The translations under genes and the position numbers were made by a program. DNA of 64,000 bases from an uncultured delta proteobacterium. Its GTDB lineage: Bacteria; Myxococcota_A; Polyangia; Fen-1088. This document shows positions 1 through 12,700 of this stretch, piece by piece; within the stretch, counting starts at the first letter, position 1; the number at the start of each line of letters is the position of its first letter. A model generated the notes under the pieces. The model was not told where the DNA came from, did no database searches, and worked only from the letters and a program-made list of their open reading frames with translations. The stretch lies in the NCBI GenBank assembly GCA_963737265.1, contig CAVTRY010000013.1, positions 1 through 64,000 on the forward strand, read 5' to 3'.

Positions 1-81
1 GCAAACCGGAAGTTATCCGTAGAACGGGTGCCGGTCGCCAGATTCCGTTCCCTTCACCGCCCGCCTATCCTGGAATGCTAA

Positions 82-537
82 TCAACGCTCACGAGTTGCC
101 TTTCCCTTCTTCATATTCCAGAGCCTCACGACAATCTGCGCCGCGGAAGCGCCCACCGTATCGAGCAGCGCATCCCACGGCGACGCGGTCCGGCTGGGCA
201 CGAACGATTGATGAAATTCGTCAAGCGCCGCATATCCCGCCGCAATAAGCACAGCCCAGACCGCCCAGCGCAGCGTCCACCCGCGCTCTTTGCCGCGCAC
301 ACCTTTCAGAAGAAAAACACTGAAGATGAAATACTCGGTGAAGTGCGCCGACTTCCGAATGGTGAAGTGAATCAGCCCCAGAGTCTCGGCGCTCGCATGC
401 GGAAAGATCCAATGCAGTGCGGGAAGGATGAATCGTGAAGTATGCTCGCTTGAAAAAACGTCCGTCGAAAAAGTGGAAATCAGGCAAGCCCAGGCGATGG
501 CCGGCAGCCAACTCTTCACGCGGGTCCAGAGCCCCAC
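82..537 (-). CDS. VanZ-like family membrane protein
   Basis: Motifs RKSAHFTEY, YAALDEFHQSFVPSR and DALLD; the GTG start overlaps the guaB stop. Confidence 0.85.
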   Translation of the reverse strand: MGLWTRVKSWLPAIAWACLISTFSTDVFSSEHTSRFILPALHWIFPHASAETLGLIHFTIRKSAHFTEYFIFSVFLLKGVRGKERGWTLRWAVWAVLIAAGYAALDEFHQSFVPSRTASPWDALLDTVGASAAQIVVRLWNMKKGKATRER

Positions 538-2000
538 TATTCGACCTGGTAGTTCGGCGCTTCGCGAGTAATGATCACGTCATGCACGTGGCTCTCGCGC
601 AGCCCCGCCACCGTGATGCGCACAAATCGCGCGCGTTCCTGCAATTCCGCGAGCGTAGCCACCCCGCAATATCCCATCCCACTCTTCAGGCCGCCCACGA
701 GCTGGTCAACCAGCGCGCTGAGCGAGCCCTTGTAAGGCACGCGCCCCTCGACTCCCTCCGGCACGGATTTCCCGCGCGCCGCGCCTTCCTGCGCGTACCG
801 GTCGGCCGCCGCCGAGCTTACCTGCATCGCGCCCAGCGATCCCATCCCGCGATACGATTTAAACGTGCGCCCTTGATAAAGAATTGTTTCGCCGGGAGAT
901 TCCTCCGTCCCGGCAAATAATCCTCCGAGCATCGTAACCGCCGCGCCCGCCGCGATGGCCTTGCTGATGTCGCCCGAATACTTGATGCCGCCGTCCGCGA
1001 TCACCGGAACTCCCGCGCCCTTGGCCGCCCGCGCCGCTTCAAGAATGGCGGTAATTTGAGGAACTCCCGCCCCGGTCACGACGCGCGTCGTGCAAATCGA
1101 CCCGGGCCCGATGCCGACCTTTACCCCGTCGATGCCCAGCGCGATCAGGTCGCAGGCGCCTTCATACGTCCCAACGTTCCCGGCGATCAATTGCATTTCG
1201 GGCAGCCGCCGCTTCACCGCGCGGATCGCTTCCATGACGCGCGCCGAATGTCCGTGCGCCGTATCGATCGCCAGCACATCCACCTTTGCGCCCGCCAGGT
1301 CCACCGCGCGCTCGAGAAAATCTCCGGTCGCGCCGATCGCCGCGCCCACCATCAAGCGCCCCTGCGCGTCTTTCGCCGCGTTTGGAAATTCCAACTTTTT
1401 CTGAATGTCTTTGACGGTGATGAGTCCCTTGAGATTGAAATCCGCGTCCACCACCAGCAGCTTCTCGATCCGGTGCTTCTGCAAGAGGCGCTCGGCTTCT
1501 TCGAGCGTTGTGCCCACGGAAACCGTCACAAGGTTATCCTTGGTCATCACGGCGCTGACGGGCTGGTCGAGATTTTTCTCAAAGCGCAAATCGCGATTCG
1601 TCAGAATCCCAACGAGACGCGCCCCGCGCGTCACAGGCAGGCCGGAGACGCGGTACTTGGTCATGATGTCCATGGCCTCGCGCACGGTCAGCTCCGGCGC
1701 AATCGTCACCGGATCGACGATCATCCCGCTCTCCGAGCGCTTCACCCGGTCCACTTCCTCGGCCTGCCGGTCGATGCTCATGCTTCTGTGTACGAAGCCC
1801 AGTCCTCCCTGCCGCGCCATGGCGATCGCCAGCCGCGATTCCGTGACGGTATCCATCGCCGCCGACACCAGCGGAATGTTCAGCGAAATCTTGCGTGTCA
1901 ATTGCGTCTGCGTGTTCACTTCCGTAGGGAGAACAGAGGATTTCCCCGGCACCAGCAGCACATCATCAAATGTCAACCCCTCGAGAATCGGTCCTTCCAT
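537..2000 (-). CDS. guaB: Inosine-5'-monophosphate dehydrogenase (with CBS pair)
   Basis: [10 protein letters not shown] start, catalytic [17 protein letters not shown] and YRGMGS motifs; AAGGAG RBS upstream. Confidence 0.98.
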   Translation of the reverse strand: MEGPILEGLTFDDVLLVPGKSSVLPTEVNTQTQLTRKISLNIPLVSAAMDTVTESRLAIAMARQGGLGFVHRSMSIDRQAEEVDRVKRSESGMIVDPVTIAPELTVREAMDIMTKYRVSGLPVTRGARLVGILTNRDLRFEKNLDQPVSAVMTKDNLVTVSVGTTLEEAERLLQKHRIEKLLVVDADFNLKGLITVKDIQKKLEFPNAAKDAQGRLMVGAAIGATGDFLERAVDLAGAKVDVLAIDTAHGHSARVMEAIRAVKRRLPEMQLIAGNVGTYEGACDLIALGIDGVKVGIGPGSICTTRVVTGAGVPQITAILEAARAAKGAGVPVIADGGIKYSGDISKAIAAGAAVTMLGGLFAGTEESPGETILYQGRTFKSYRGMGSLGAMQVSSAAADRYAQEGAARGKSVPEGVEGRVPYKGSLSALVDQLVGGLKSGMGYCGVATLAELQERARFVRITVAGLRESHVHDVIITREAPNYQVE

Positions 2001-2127
2001 TCACTTCTCCTTAGACGATAAAAGAGCGATAAAAAAACATCCCCTAAAACAATCCAGCCCAGCGGCAAGCCGCTGGGCGGAAGTACCGGGAGCATTCGCA
2101 ACCGCAGAGTTTCATGAGTGAATTTTC

Positions 2128-2156
2128 ATTCTATGCGCGCCGCCGCATGAAATCAA
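2128..2156 (-). promoter_or_regulatory. Putative sigma70 promoter of guaB
   Basis: Minus strand reads TTGATT-N17-TAGAAT about 130 nt upstream of the start. Confidence 0.6.
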
Positions 2157-2252
2157 GCGGGCCCCACGCTCTGGCACGGTCCCGGGTTTGAAGCTTTTCG
2201 CTTCCAGCAGACCCGGGCTTCGCACTCCGTCTGAGAATTCAGTTTTGGTCTG

Positions 2253-2319
2253 TGTAGCGCCCGCCTTCAGGCGGGCACCTGCGCAACTCCAAAGTGCCCG
2301 CCTGAAGGCGGGCGCTACA
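2253..2319. repeat. REP/REPIN-like inverted pair, family A (GTAGCGCCCGCCTTCAGGCGGGC)
   Basis: Two perfectly inverted 26-nt arms (2253-2278, 2294-2319), each with a GTAG foot and an internal hairpin; other copies near 37944, 45901 and 58857. Confidence 0.9.
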
Positions 2320-2417
2320 AAAAGGCCCCTGCAGATCACCTGTGCCCGCCAACTCTCTTCAGGATTGAACTCCCACGCCCCGACCGCTGCGAATTTTGTC
2401 GTAAGATATAAATTCGA

Positions 2418-3431
2418 ATGAAGACGTTCGAACCGCATCCGCTGCTGCACAATCCGCACGCGCAGACACTCGCCGCGACGTTCCTGCCGCGGCGATTTCC
2501 CCGCTTGCCGCAAAGCGTTTCGCGCGATTTCGAAGTCGAGCCCGGCACTCGCATTCGCGGCGAATGCCACTGGCAGCCCGCGCCGCAAGAACACCCCACG
2601 CTGGTACTGGTGCACGGCCTGGAAGGTTCGAGTGATTCCGGCTACATGCTCGGCCTCGCCGAGCGCGCTTTTGTGGCGGGGTGGAACGCGGTGCGGCTGA
2701 ACCAGCGGAACTGCGGCGGGACCGAGTCGCTTACTCCAACCCTTTATAATTCAGGGCTTTCCGGGGATTACCGCGCCGTCCTCAACGAACTCATCGAGCG
2801 GGATACTCTGCCCAGAGTATTCTGTGCGGGATATTCGATGGGCGGGAATCTAATCCTGAAGATGGCCGGCGAACTCGGAGGCGCTGCCCCGCCACAATTG
2901 CGCGGAATTGCCGGTGTTTGTCCGACAATTGACCTGGCCAAATGCGCCGACTCGCTGGCGCTGCCCGGCAATTTTATTTACGAAGAGCATTTTGTGCGCA
3001 ATCTGAAGAAACGGATTCGCCGCAAGGCCGCGCTTTTTCCGGGGAAATTTGATCTGGGCCCGCTCGCGCGCGTCCGGACGGTTCGCGAATTCGACAATGA
3101 AATTACCGCGAGGTACTGCGGTTTTCGCGACGCCGACGACTACTACGCGCGTTCCAGCGCCCTGCGCGTCGCGGCCGGGATCCGCGTCCCCACTTTGATC
3201 GTCACCGCGCAGGATGATCCCTTTGTCCCGTATGAAAGTTTTTCCGATCCAGCCATAACGAATAACGCAAACATCCGCGTGATCGCTCCTGAGCACGGGG
3301 GCCACTGCGCTTTCATTTCGCGCTTCCCGGGAGACGAGCGCTTCTGGGCCGAAGCGTGCCTGATGGATTTTTTCGCAAGCTGCGAAGGCCGAAAAGCGGA
3401 ACCCACTAAACCTGTTGAGGCGAACTCTTAG
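2418..3431 (+). CDS. YheT-type alpha/beta hydrolase
   Basis: NPHAQT, HGLEGSS, nucleophile elbow GYSMGG, DDPFV and GGHCAF motifs. Confidence 0.9.
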   Translation: MKTFEPHPLLHNPHAQTLAATFLPRRFPRLPQSVSRDFEVEPGTRIRGECHWQPAPQEHPTLVLVHGLEGSSDSGYMLGLAERAFVAGWNAVRLNQRNCGGTESLTPTLYNSGLSGDYRAVLNELIERDTLPRVFCAGYSMGGNLILKMAGELGGAAPPQLRGIAGVCPTIDLAKCADSLALPGNFIYEEHFVRNLKKRIRRKAALFPGKFDLGPLARVRTVREFDNEITARYCGFRDADDYYARSSALRVAAGIRVPTLIVTAQDDPFVPYESFSDPAITNNANIRVIAPEHGGHCAFISRFPGDERFWAEACLMDFFASCEGRKAEPTKPVEANS

Positions 3432-3729
3432 GCGCTCGAATTGCGATCCGCTCATCTACCGCATAGAATTTCCATCGACTAGAATTCGTGAACCGGGTGT
3501 GACAGCGTTTGTGCCAACATGAAAACTGCGGCCGGATAGTACTAAAGTACTTTGTTCATAAGACACAGCCCGGTGGAATTGCCTAAAGAGCTACTTTTAA
3601 CTTTTTATAAAAGCCCGTACAACTGATCTCGCTCATTGGGGAAACTCATTTCTACAGTCCGGGCCTGGGATCAGCTCCGTTTCATTCCTCCACTACTGAC
3701 GCCCCGCTAGCCCGAAAAGGATAGCTGCG

Positions 3730-6700
3730 ATGCCCAGCAACTTTCGATTCAGCCGTGGTGGTGTGTCCGCGCGCCTGCTTGGAATCACCACTCTGATCGC
3801 TATCCTGTTTGTGGCTGGCTGTACTACGTCGAAGAGCGAGGTCAATATTGGCCCGCCCGCGAAGCTGGCATTCACGGTGCAACCCGGCAGCGTGGCCGCC
3901 GGAAGCACAATCACGGTGACAGCGAGCGTTGAAGACGCCTCCGGCAACGTGGTGCCCACCGCTACCAATCAGGTCACCATTGCCATTGGGACAAATCCAT
4001 CGGGCGGCACGCTGGCCGGGACCGCGATGGCGATGGCCGTCAATGGAGTTGCGACCTTCTCAAACCTCAGCATAAATAACGCGGGGACGGGCTACACGCT
4101 GGCGGTCAGCGCCACGGGACTTTCCGGCGCAACCAGCAATCCGTTCAACGTGGCAGGCCAGGCAACGAAGCTGGCGTTTACAGTGCAGCCCAGCGCAGTA
4201 ATCAATGGGAGTTCGATCACGCCGGCAGTGACGGTGAGCATCGAGGATGCCAACGGCATCGTAGTGCCCAACGCGACAAATCAGATCACCATCGCCATCG
4301 GCACGAACCCGTCGGCCGGGACGTTGAGCGGGACCGCGCAGGCGAATGCCGTCGCCGGCGTCGCGACGTTCTCGAATCTGAGCATCAACAAAATTGGGAC
4401 AGGCTACACCCTGACGGCCGGCGCAACAAACCTGACGGGCGCCACAAGCAGCGCGTTCAATGTGACGGTCGGGCCTCCGGCGAAGCTCGCTTTCACGGTT
4501 CAGCCCGTGAACACCACGGCGGGGGTGGCAATCAGCCCGGCGGTTCAGGTGACGGTCGAAGATGCCCAGGGCAATACGGTCACTACGGCTACAAACATCA
4601 TCAACATGGGGATCGGGACGGGAAGCGGATCGCTGATTGGCACCACGGCGGTGGCGGCCGTCAACGGCGTGGCGACATTCTCAAACCTGAACATCAATGT
4701 CGCGGGCACCGGGGACACGCTGTCTGCGTCGGCAACGGGACTAACCGGAGCTACGAGCAGCGCTTTCAATGTCCTGGTTGGAGCCGCGTCGAAGCTTGTG
4801 TTTACTGGAGAGCCGAGCAACGTGGCGGCCGGAAGTTCGATCACCCCTGCGGTAACCGTGAGCGTCGAAGACAATGTGGGCAACGTGGTTCCCACAGCGA
4901 CGAACCAGATTACGATCGCCATCGGAACAAATCCGTCGAGCGGGGCCTTGAGTGGGACGGCGCAAGCGAATGCGGTCGCCGGCGTGGCCACGTTCTCGAA
5001 CCTGAGCATCAATAAAGTCGGGACAGGCTACACGCTGACTAACAGCGCGTCAGGACTCACCAGCACGACGAGCACGGCATTTAATGTGACGGCGGGAACC
5101 GCATCGAAATTAGTGTTTTCAGCTCAGCCCACGAACGTGGCTGCCGGAGGGTCGATCACTCCGAGCGTTACGGTCAGCGTCGAAGATACTCTGGGCAACC
5201 TGGTGACGACAGCGACGAACCAGATCACTATTGCCATTGGCACGAACCCATCGGGCGGGGTGCTCAGCGGTACCGCGGTTGCAGCTGCCTCGGGCGGCGT
5301 GGCCACCTTCTCGAATCTGAGCATTAACAAGACTGGGACCGGCTACACGCTGACCGCCGCCGCGACAAATCTCACCGGCGCAACCAGCAACCCGTTTAAT
5401 GTGACAGTTGGCGCCGCCGCGAAGCTGGCATTTACAGCCCAACCGACGAACGTCACAGCCGGAAGTTCAGTCACGCCTTCCGTTACGGTCAGCGTCGAAG
5501 ACTCTCTGGGCAATGTAGTGTCCACGGCGACAAACCAGATCACCATCGCCATCGGCACGAATCCGTCAAGCGGGGTCTTGAGCGGGACCGCGGTCGCCAA
5601 TGCCGTTGCGGGCGTGGCCACGTTCTCGAATCTGAGCATCAACAGCGCCGGAACCGGATATACATTGACGGCCGCCGGAACAAGCCTGACGGGCGCCACC
5701 AGCAGCGCATTTAACGTTTCGGCCGGAGCCGCCACGAAACTGGTATTTACAACTCAACCCACCAATGTAGCGGCCGGGAGTTCGATCGCTCCAGCCGTTA
5801 CGGTCAGTTTCGAGGATTCGCTCAATAACGTGGTGACCACGTCCAACGGCACCGTCACACTTGTCATCAATCCTTCCGTGACGCTCGGCGGCACAAGCGC
5901 TGTCGCAGCCGTGAACGGCGTGGCCACTTTCTCGAACCTGAGCATCAACACCGCGGCGAACGGCTACACCCTGGTAGCCTCGGCAGGACTCCTAACTGGT
6001 ACAAGTACTCCGTTTAACGTGACTGTTGGCGCCGCGGCAAAGCTGGCGTTTACCGCCCAACCCACCAATGTGACAGCAGGAAGTTCGATCGCTCCTGCAG
6101 TTACGGTAAGCGTCGAAGATTCAGTGGGCAACGTGTTAACTGCGGCTACGAACCAGATCACTATGGCTATTGCCAACAACCCCTCGAGCGGAACTCTCGG
6201 CGGCACAGTGACCGTGGCAGCCGTGAACGGCGTGGCCACCTTCTCGACGCTGAGCATCAACAGCGCGGGAACCGGCTATACGTTGAAGGCCAGCGCTACG
6301 GGCCTGACAAATGCCACCAGCGCTGCGTTCAACGTAACGGCCGGGGCCAAGTCGAAACTTGCTTTCACCGTGCAGCCCAGCAATGTGATCCCGGGGAGTT
6401 CGATTTCTCCAGCCGTTGCGGTAAGTGAGGAAGACTCTCTCGGTAATGTGGTGACATCGGCTACTGACTCGATCACCGTGGCCATCGGCACGAATCCTGG
6501 CAGCCCTTCGCCGGGAACGCTTGCAGGCACGCTGACCGTCGCAGCCGTGAACGGCGTAGCTACGTTCCCGAATCTGAGCATTAACAACTCAGGGGTCGGC
6601 TACACATTGACTGCCAGCGCGTCGGGATTCACCACCGTTACCAGCAATGCGTTCAGCAACGTCGCGTTAGGCGTTCCGGCGAAACTGGCGTTTTCAGTTC

Positions 6701-9700
6701 AACCGAGTAATGTGGCTGCGGGGAGTTCGATTACTCCGTCCGTTACAGTGACCGTCGAAGACGGGGCGGGCACCCCGGTTAATTCGGCCACCAATTCGAT
6801 CACCATCGCCATTGGGACGAACCCATCGAGCGGGACGCTCGGGGGCACGCTGACGGTCGCCGCCGTGAACGGCGTGGCCACATTCTCGACGCTGAATATC
6901 AACAATGCAGGAACCGGTTACACGCTCACGGCAAGCGCGTCCGGCCTCACCGGCGCTACCAGCTCCACTTTTAATGTGACGGCTGGAACCGCGAACAAGC
7001 TGGTGTTCTCAGCCCAGCCCACGAGCGTAACGGCCGGCAGTTCGATCTCTCCGTCAGTAACCGTCAGCGTTGAGGACTCGTTGGGCAACCTCGTGACCAC
7101 CGCTTCGAACACAGTTACCGTGGCTATCGGCACGAACCCGTCGGGCGGAACGCTCGGCGGCACGCTGGCCGTGGCCGCTGTGAATGGCGTGGCCACATTC
7201 TCCACACTCAGCATCAACAAGGCTGGAACCGGCTACACCCTGACGGCCAACGCCTCAACCCTGGCCGGCGCCACCAGCACCCCCTTCAACGTGACGGTCG
7301 GAGCGGCGAACAAGCTCGCGTTCACCGCCCAGCCCACAACTGAAACGGCCGGTAGTGCGATCTCTCCGGTAATTACCGTTAGCGTTGAAGACTCTCTGGG
7401 CAACGTGGTAACCACAGCCACGAATTCGATCTCCATGGCCATCGGCACGAACCCATCCAGCGGAACGCTCGGCGGCACGCTGACGGTCGCGGCCGTGAAT
7501 GGCGTGGCCACGTTCTCGACGTTGAACATCAACAACGCGGGGAACGGGTACACGCTGATAGCCAGCGCGGCGACTCTCACTAGCGCCACCAGCACAACAT
7601 TCAACGTCACAGCGGGAGTAGCGAACAAGCTCGCGTTCACTGCACAGCCCACCAACGTAACGGCTGGAAGTTTCATCACTCCTGCGGTTACCGTCAGCGT
7701 CGAGGATTCGCTGGGCAACGTGGTGACCTCGGCTACCAACTCGATCACCGTGACTATCGGCACGAACCCATCGACCGGAACGCTTGGCGGCACGCTGACA
7801 GTCGCCGCCGTGAATGGCGTGGCCACATTCTCGACACTGAACATCAACAATGCGGGGACGGGCTATACCCTGGGAGCCGGGGCTTCAGGATTCACTACAA
7901 TCACCAGCAACTCGTTTAACGTGACGGTGGGAGCCGCAAGCAAGCTCGCGTTCACGGCCCAACCCACCAGTGTGACGGCCGGGAGCAGCATCACTCCATC
8001 GGTTACGGTCAGTATCGAAGACGCATCGGGCAATGTGATGACCTCGGCTACCAACTCGATCACGATCGCGATTGGCACGAACCCATCCAGCGGGACGCTC
8101 GGCGGCACAGTGACTGTCGCCGCAGTAAATGGTGTGGCCACATTCTCTACGCTGAACATCAACAAGGCGGGACTTGGTTACGCGCTTACTGCCAATGCGT
8201 CGACTTTGACCGGCACGACGAGCGGTGCATTCAACGTAAACGCGGGAACTGCAAACAAGCTAGCGTTCACCGTGCAACCCAGCAACGTAACGGTCGGGAG
8301 CACAATCTCTCCATCGGTCGCCGCAAGCGTCGAAGACTCTCTGGGGAACGTGGTGACGACGGCCACAAACTCAATCACTGTCGCGATCGGCACGAACCCA
8401 TCGGCCGGGACGCTCGGCGGCACCCTGACAGTCGCTGCCGTGAACGGAGTGGCCACATTCTCCACGCTGAACATCAACACGGCGGGGAACGGCTACACCC
8501 TCACAGCCGGCGCGGCGACACTCACGAGCGCCACCAGCAACGCGTTTAATGTGACGGCAAATTGCACCAATAACTGCTCGATTTCAGGAACCGTGACCGG
8601 TGCATGGGGCTCGGGTGTAAAGATCACGCTCAGCGGCGGTCCCAGCACACCGGCTCCGGCGGTCACCAACCCCAGCGGCGCCTACAGTTTTACTGGGTTG
8701 ACACAGGGGACATATACGATTACCCCCTCCTTGACCGGGTATACCTACGCGCCGAGCGCACCTTCTGTAAGCATTGGAGCGAGCACGGTACAGAACTTCA
8801 CCGCTTCCCCCGTCATTTCTTCGTTCAGCATTTCCGGAACGGTGAGCGGGAGCTCGGACTCCACGCACGTTTTGTACATCACCGTATACAACTGCGGAGG
8901 CGGGACGAATTGCAACCCCGTCGCGGGGACTACTTTGCCGTCCATCACGACGAACGGCGGGGCGTACACAATACGAGGATTGCAGCCGTCCAACAATTAT
9001 TCGGTGAGGGCGGAAATCGATACCCTGAATAATGGCGCACCGAATGAAGCGGATCCGGCGGGCACCGTTTCCGGAATCAACATTACGAGCAGCAATGCGA
9101 CGGGAGCCAACATTACTGTCGCCGCTCAAACCGTCGATTCGGCGGGCGCGCCCGGCACGCCCACTGTGTTCCCGGGCGGCGGCTCGGCGTTCGTTACCTA
9201 TAACCCGTCCACGAGCAATACCACTGGCGATGAGATTGCGACTTCTTACACGCTGCACTATGGCACGTCGTCGGGCAGCCTGACCCAGACAGCGACAATT
9301 CCAGCGGGCAATTCGAATCAGGTCTACATCCTGCCGGGTCTTGTGAACGGAACCACATATTTCTTCGCCATGTCCGCGACGAACAGTAAAGGGACGGGCG
9401 CGAATTCGGCCACTTCGGCCGGCGTGCTGATCAATAGTTCATCCGGCGCGGGACCGAACACCATCTCCGGAACCGTGACGTTTAACGTCACGCCAAATGG
9501 CAGCGCGCCACTGTACGTCGGTTTGTACAGCAGCACGCTCGGCGTTTATTTTGACAGAATCGCGCCGCCGTTCAGTTCCGGCGTGGCGTACAGCATTCCG
9601 GGGGTGCCGAGCGGCAACTATCAAATGTTCGCCGTTCTCGACCAGAACAACAATGGATACATAGATCGCGGAGACGTGACCAACTTTACCGGCGCGAACG

Positions 9701-12700
9701 GCCCGCCGCCGTTTGTTGTGAGCGCCACTTCCTCGGGCAACACCGTCGCGCTCACCGCGGCCAACGCGGCAACCTTCGTCACGACGAATCACTCGTTGTC
9801 CGGCAGCACCAATTCGTACGACATCAACGTGGGTGTAAACCTGGAACAGAAGCTTCCTGTTTCCATGACGATGTTCTCCGGACCAAACGTGGCCGTTCCG
9901 TTTGATATGGACGGCGGCACAAACAATAACGATTTTCAGCCGATATTTAATAATTCCGTAAGGCCCACGGTAGGCGACCTCTATCAGTTCCTGGTCACCT
10001 ACTCGGACGGCACCACGCAGGTCCTGTCGAATTCCGTGAGCACGGTACTGGATTCGTTTGCCCAGAACCTGCAGATGAATTCTCCGGTGGCCGGCTCGGC
10101 AACCGTTCCGGTGCTCAACTGGCAGGCTCCGGCCGCGCCACCGTCGTTCTACACGTACAAGGTGAATGTCAACAACTTTAACGGCAGCTCGGAGAACTGG
10201 GATTATCCCAACGACAGCAACGGCCTGCCGATCGGCACGACCAGCGTCCAGTTCAACAAGAACGGCAACGCGAACCCCAATGCGCCTCTGATTGCGGGTG
10301 AAACCTACGATTGGGCGGTCACGGTTCTTGACGCCAACAGCAACACGGCGCAAGTCAACGGTCCCAACTACACCGTGCCGGGGGGCTCGCCTTTGTCGCC
10401 CGTCGTTACGGTGTCCTTCAATCCGACTTCCATCTCGGTCAGCGGAACGGCCACCCTGGTTTTCAACATCAATAATCCCAATGGCTCAGCCTCGCTGTCC
10501 GGGATCGCATTTTCCGACTCACTGACGGGCGGCCTGACGGTTGTAGGGACGACGCCGACCAATGGATGCGGAGCGACGCTGACGGGGACGGGATCGGGGT
10601 CCACGTCCATCAATGTTTCGAACGTGTCGCTGGCTGCAGGCGCGTCCTGCCAGGTCGGCATCAACGTGACGAGCGGCACTACCGGAACGGTCAACAACCA
10701 GACGAGTACGGTGACTTCGAACGAAGCCGGCACCGGGTCGGCGAGCAACACGGCCAGCCTTACGGTTGGTGGTTCCGGGACGCTTCCGCCGACGATCGGC
10801 GTAGCGTTTAACCCGACAACGATTACGGTCAATTTTTCCACTACGTTGACTTTTACCATCAACAATCCCAATGGATCGAGTTCGCTGAGCGGGGTCACCT
10901 TTACAGACAATCTGCCCAGCAATTTGTTCGTCCTTTCGCCGAACAACGGATTGTCCGGTTCCTGCGGCAGCGGCACGATTTCCGCGGTGGCTGGGTCCCA
11001 GCTGATCAGCCTTACGAATGGGACGCTGGCGGGTGGCGGCGGATGCACCTTCAGCGTGAATGTGACAGCAACGGCCACGGGTACGATCAATGACACGACG
11101 GGAAACATTTCATCCAACGAAGGCGGCACAGGCGGGACGAGCAACACCACCGCCCTCACGGTCAATTCGGGGTCGTCGTCAGCACCCGCGGTCCTAATCA
11201 CCACCGCGTCGAACGCTCCGTTCTTTGCCGGCGGGGCTGCGTCGACACTGACGGTTACCGTGAGTAATGACGCGGCGGGCGATGTCCTCACGCCCAGTCT
11301 GACGGTGGATGCCAATACCGGGCTCGCTTGCACGGCGGGTACTTGCGGAACGCTCGGAGCCGTTTCCGGCACTTCCGGATCGGGCAATTATACCGTTCCG
11401 TATACGCCGCCTTCGAGCCTTGCTGCAGAAACAGCTCCCACGATCAACGTGTCGTCCAGCTTGTCCGGTGCGTTTGCCGGCACCACGTCGGTGAACGTCT
11501 ATCCCGCCGGCCAAACCGTTGTGACTGTTGGGGGCGTGCCCACCGTCGTCCAGGTTGGGTCGGCCCCGCCAACGGTGAAAATGATAGTTTACAATGACAT
11601 CGGGAACGCCGGCGTCAATGAACTGCCGCTGACATCGGTCGGCTTCGGGTGCTCGGGCCTGAACGGGAATTCGTGCGGGACTTTGAACGACCACAGCGGG
11701 GTGACGGTGGTGGATAACGGAACGACGACTACCACGACTTTCACCTATACGCCTCCTGGAACGCTGCCGGCTGAACCGTTTAACCGTGCGCGAATCGTTG
11801 CAGCATCGGTTGCCAGCCCTGCAATATTCGGTCAAAAGCAATTCCTGCTTAGTTCCACCACGGCGCCCACACCACTATCGATTCCATATGGTCAGAAGTT
11901 CAACACCGTGTTGACTAACGGAGCGGCGATTATGGTGACGGCAAATCTCAATGGCGATTCCGGGAACTCCAGAACCATCAACTGGACGTTGAATGCGAAC
12001 GGATCTCCCTGCGCTCCGCCGACTTGCGGCACGTTGGGGACTCCCACAGTGATCAGGAACGGTGATTCCATCTCGTCCACCGTCACATTTACTCCTCCCA
12101 CGACTGTTCCAGCGGGGTCGGGCCAATCCTCGCCCACGATCACGGCGACGTCGGTCGATATTCCGTCCGCCTCGGACGGGTTCTCGTTCCAGATTAATGA
12201 CGGGACGTGCGGTAGCGGAAGCGAATCGATCCTGAAGGGCAATTACGCGTTCCTGCTGCGCGGGGCGGGAGCCGGCAACGGATACACCGCTGAGATTGGC
12301 AGCTTCGTAGCCGATGGGAACGGAAATATCACCAGCGGCTTGGAGGACATCAACCGCAGCAGCGGTCCTCTAACAGGCTTGACGATTACAGGGACGTATA
12401 CCGTGGGTTCCGATCATCGTGGATGCGTGACCTTGACGACTTCGCAGAATATGACTCAGCCTTTCCGCATCGCATTGGGCACATTATCAGGTTCGCCGTC
12501 GACGGCGACGGAGGGCAGCATCGTGGCGGCCGTGGACAATACGGGACAGGGACTGCGGGCACAGGGGGTTCTTATGCAGCAGAATACGACCGCCTTCAAG
12601 GCGGCTTCGCTCAGTGGGACTTACGTCTTCGGGCGCGAGGGTGTCGATTTTGGAGGCGGCCCCTTTGTCATCGCAGGACTGCTTACTGCGAACGGCGTGG

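Noticed and set aside
82-537. VanZ as a glycopeptide resistance gene
   Set aside because: VanZ-like proteins are widespread and no van cluster is present.
4545-8480. Series of similar minus-strand ORFs (MLMLRFENVATP...)
   Set aside because: Antisense shadows of the 315-bp coding repeats; no independent RBS or protein features.
3853-8559. CRISPR-like periodicity, or CnaB-type Lys-Asn isopeptide bonds from the invariant K and N
   Set aside because: The repeats are degenerate and in-frame, with no spacers or cas genes. K and N alternate with hydrophobic residues and so probably face outward; unsupported without a structure.
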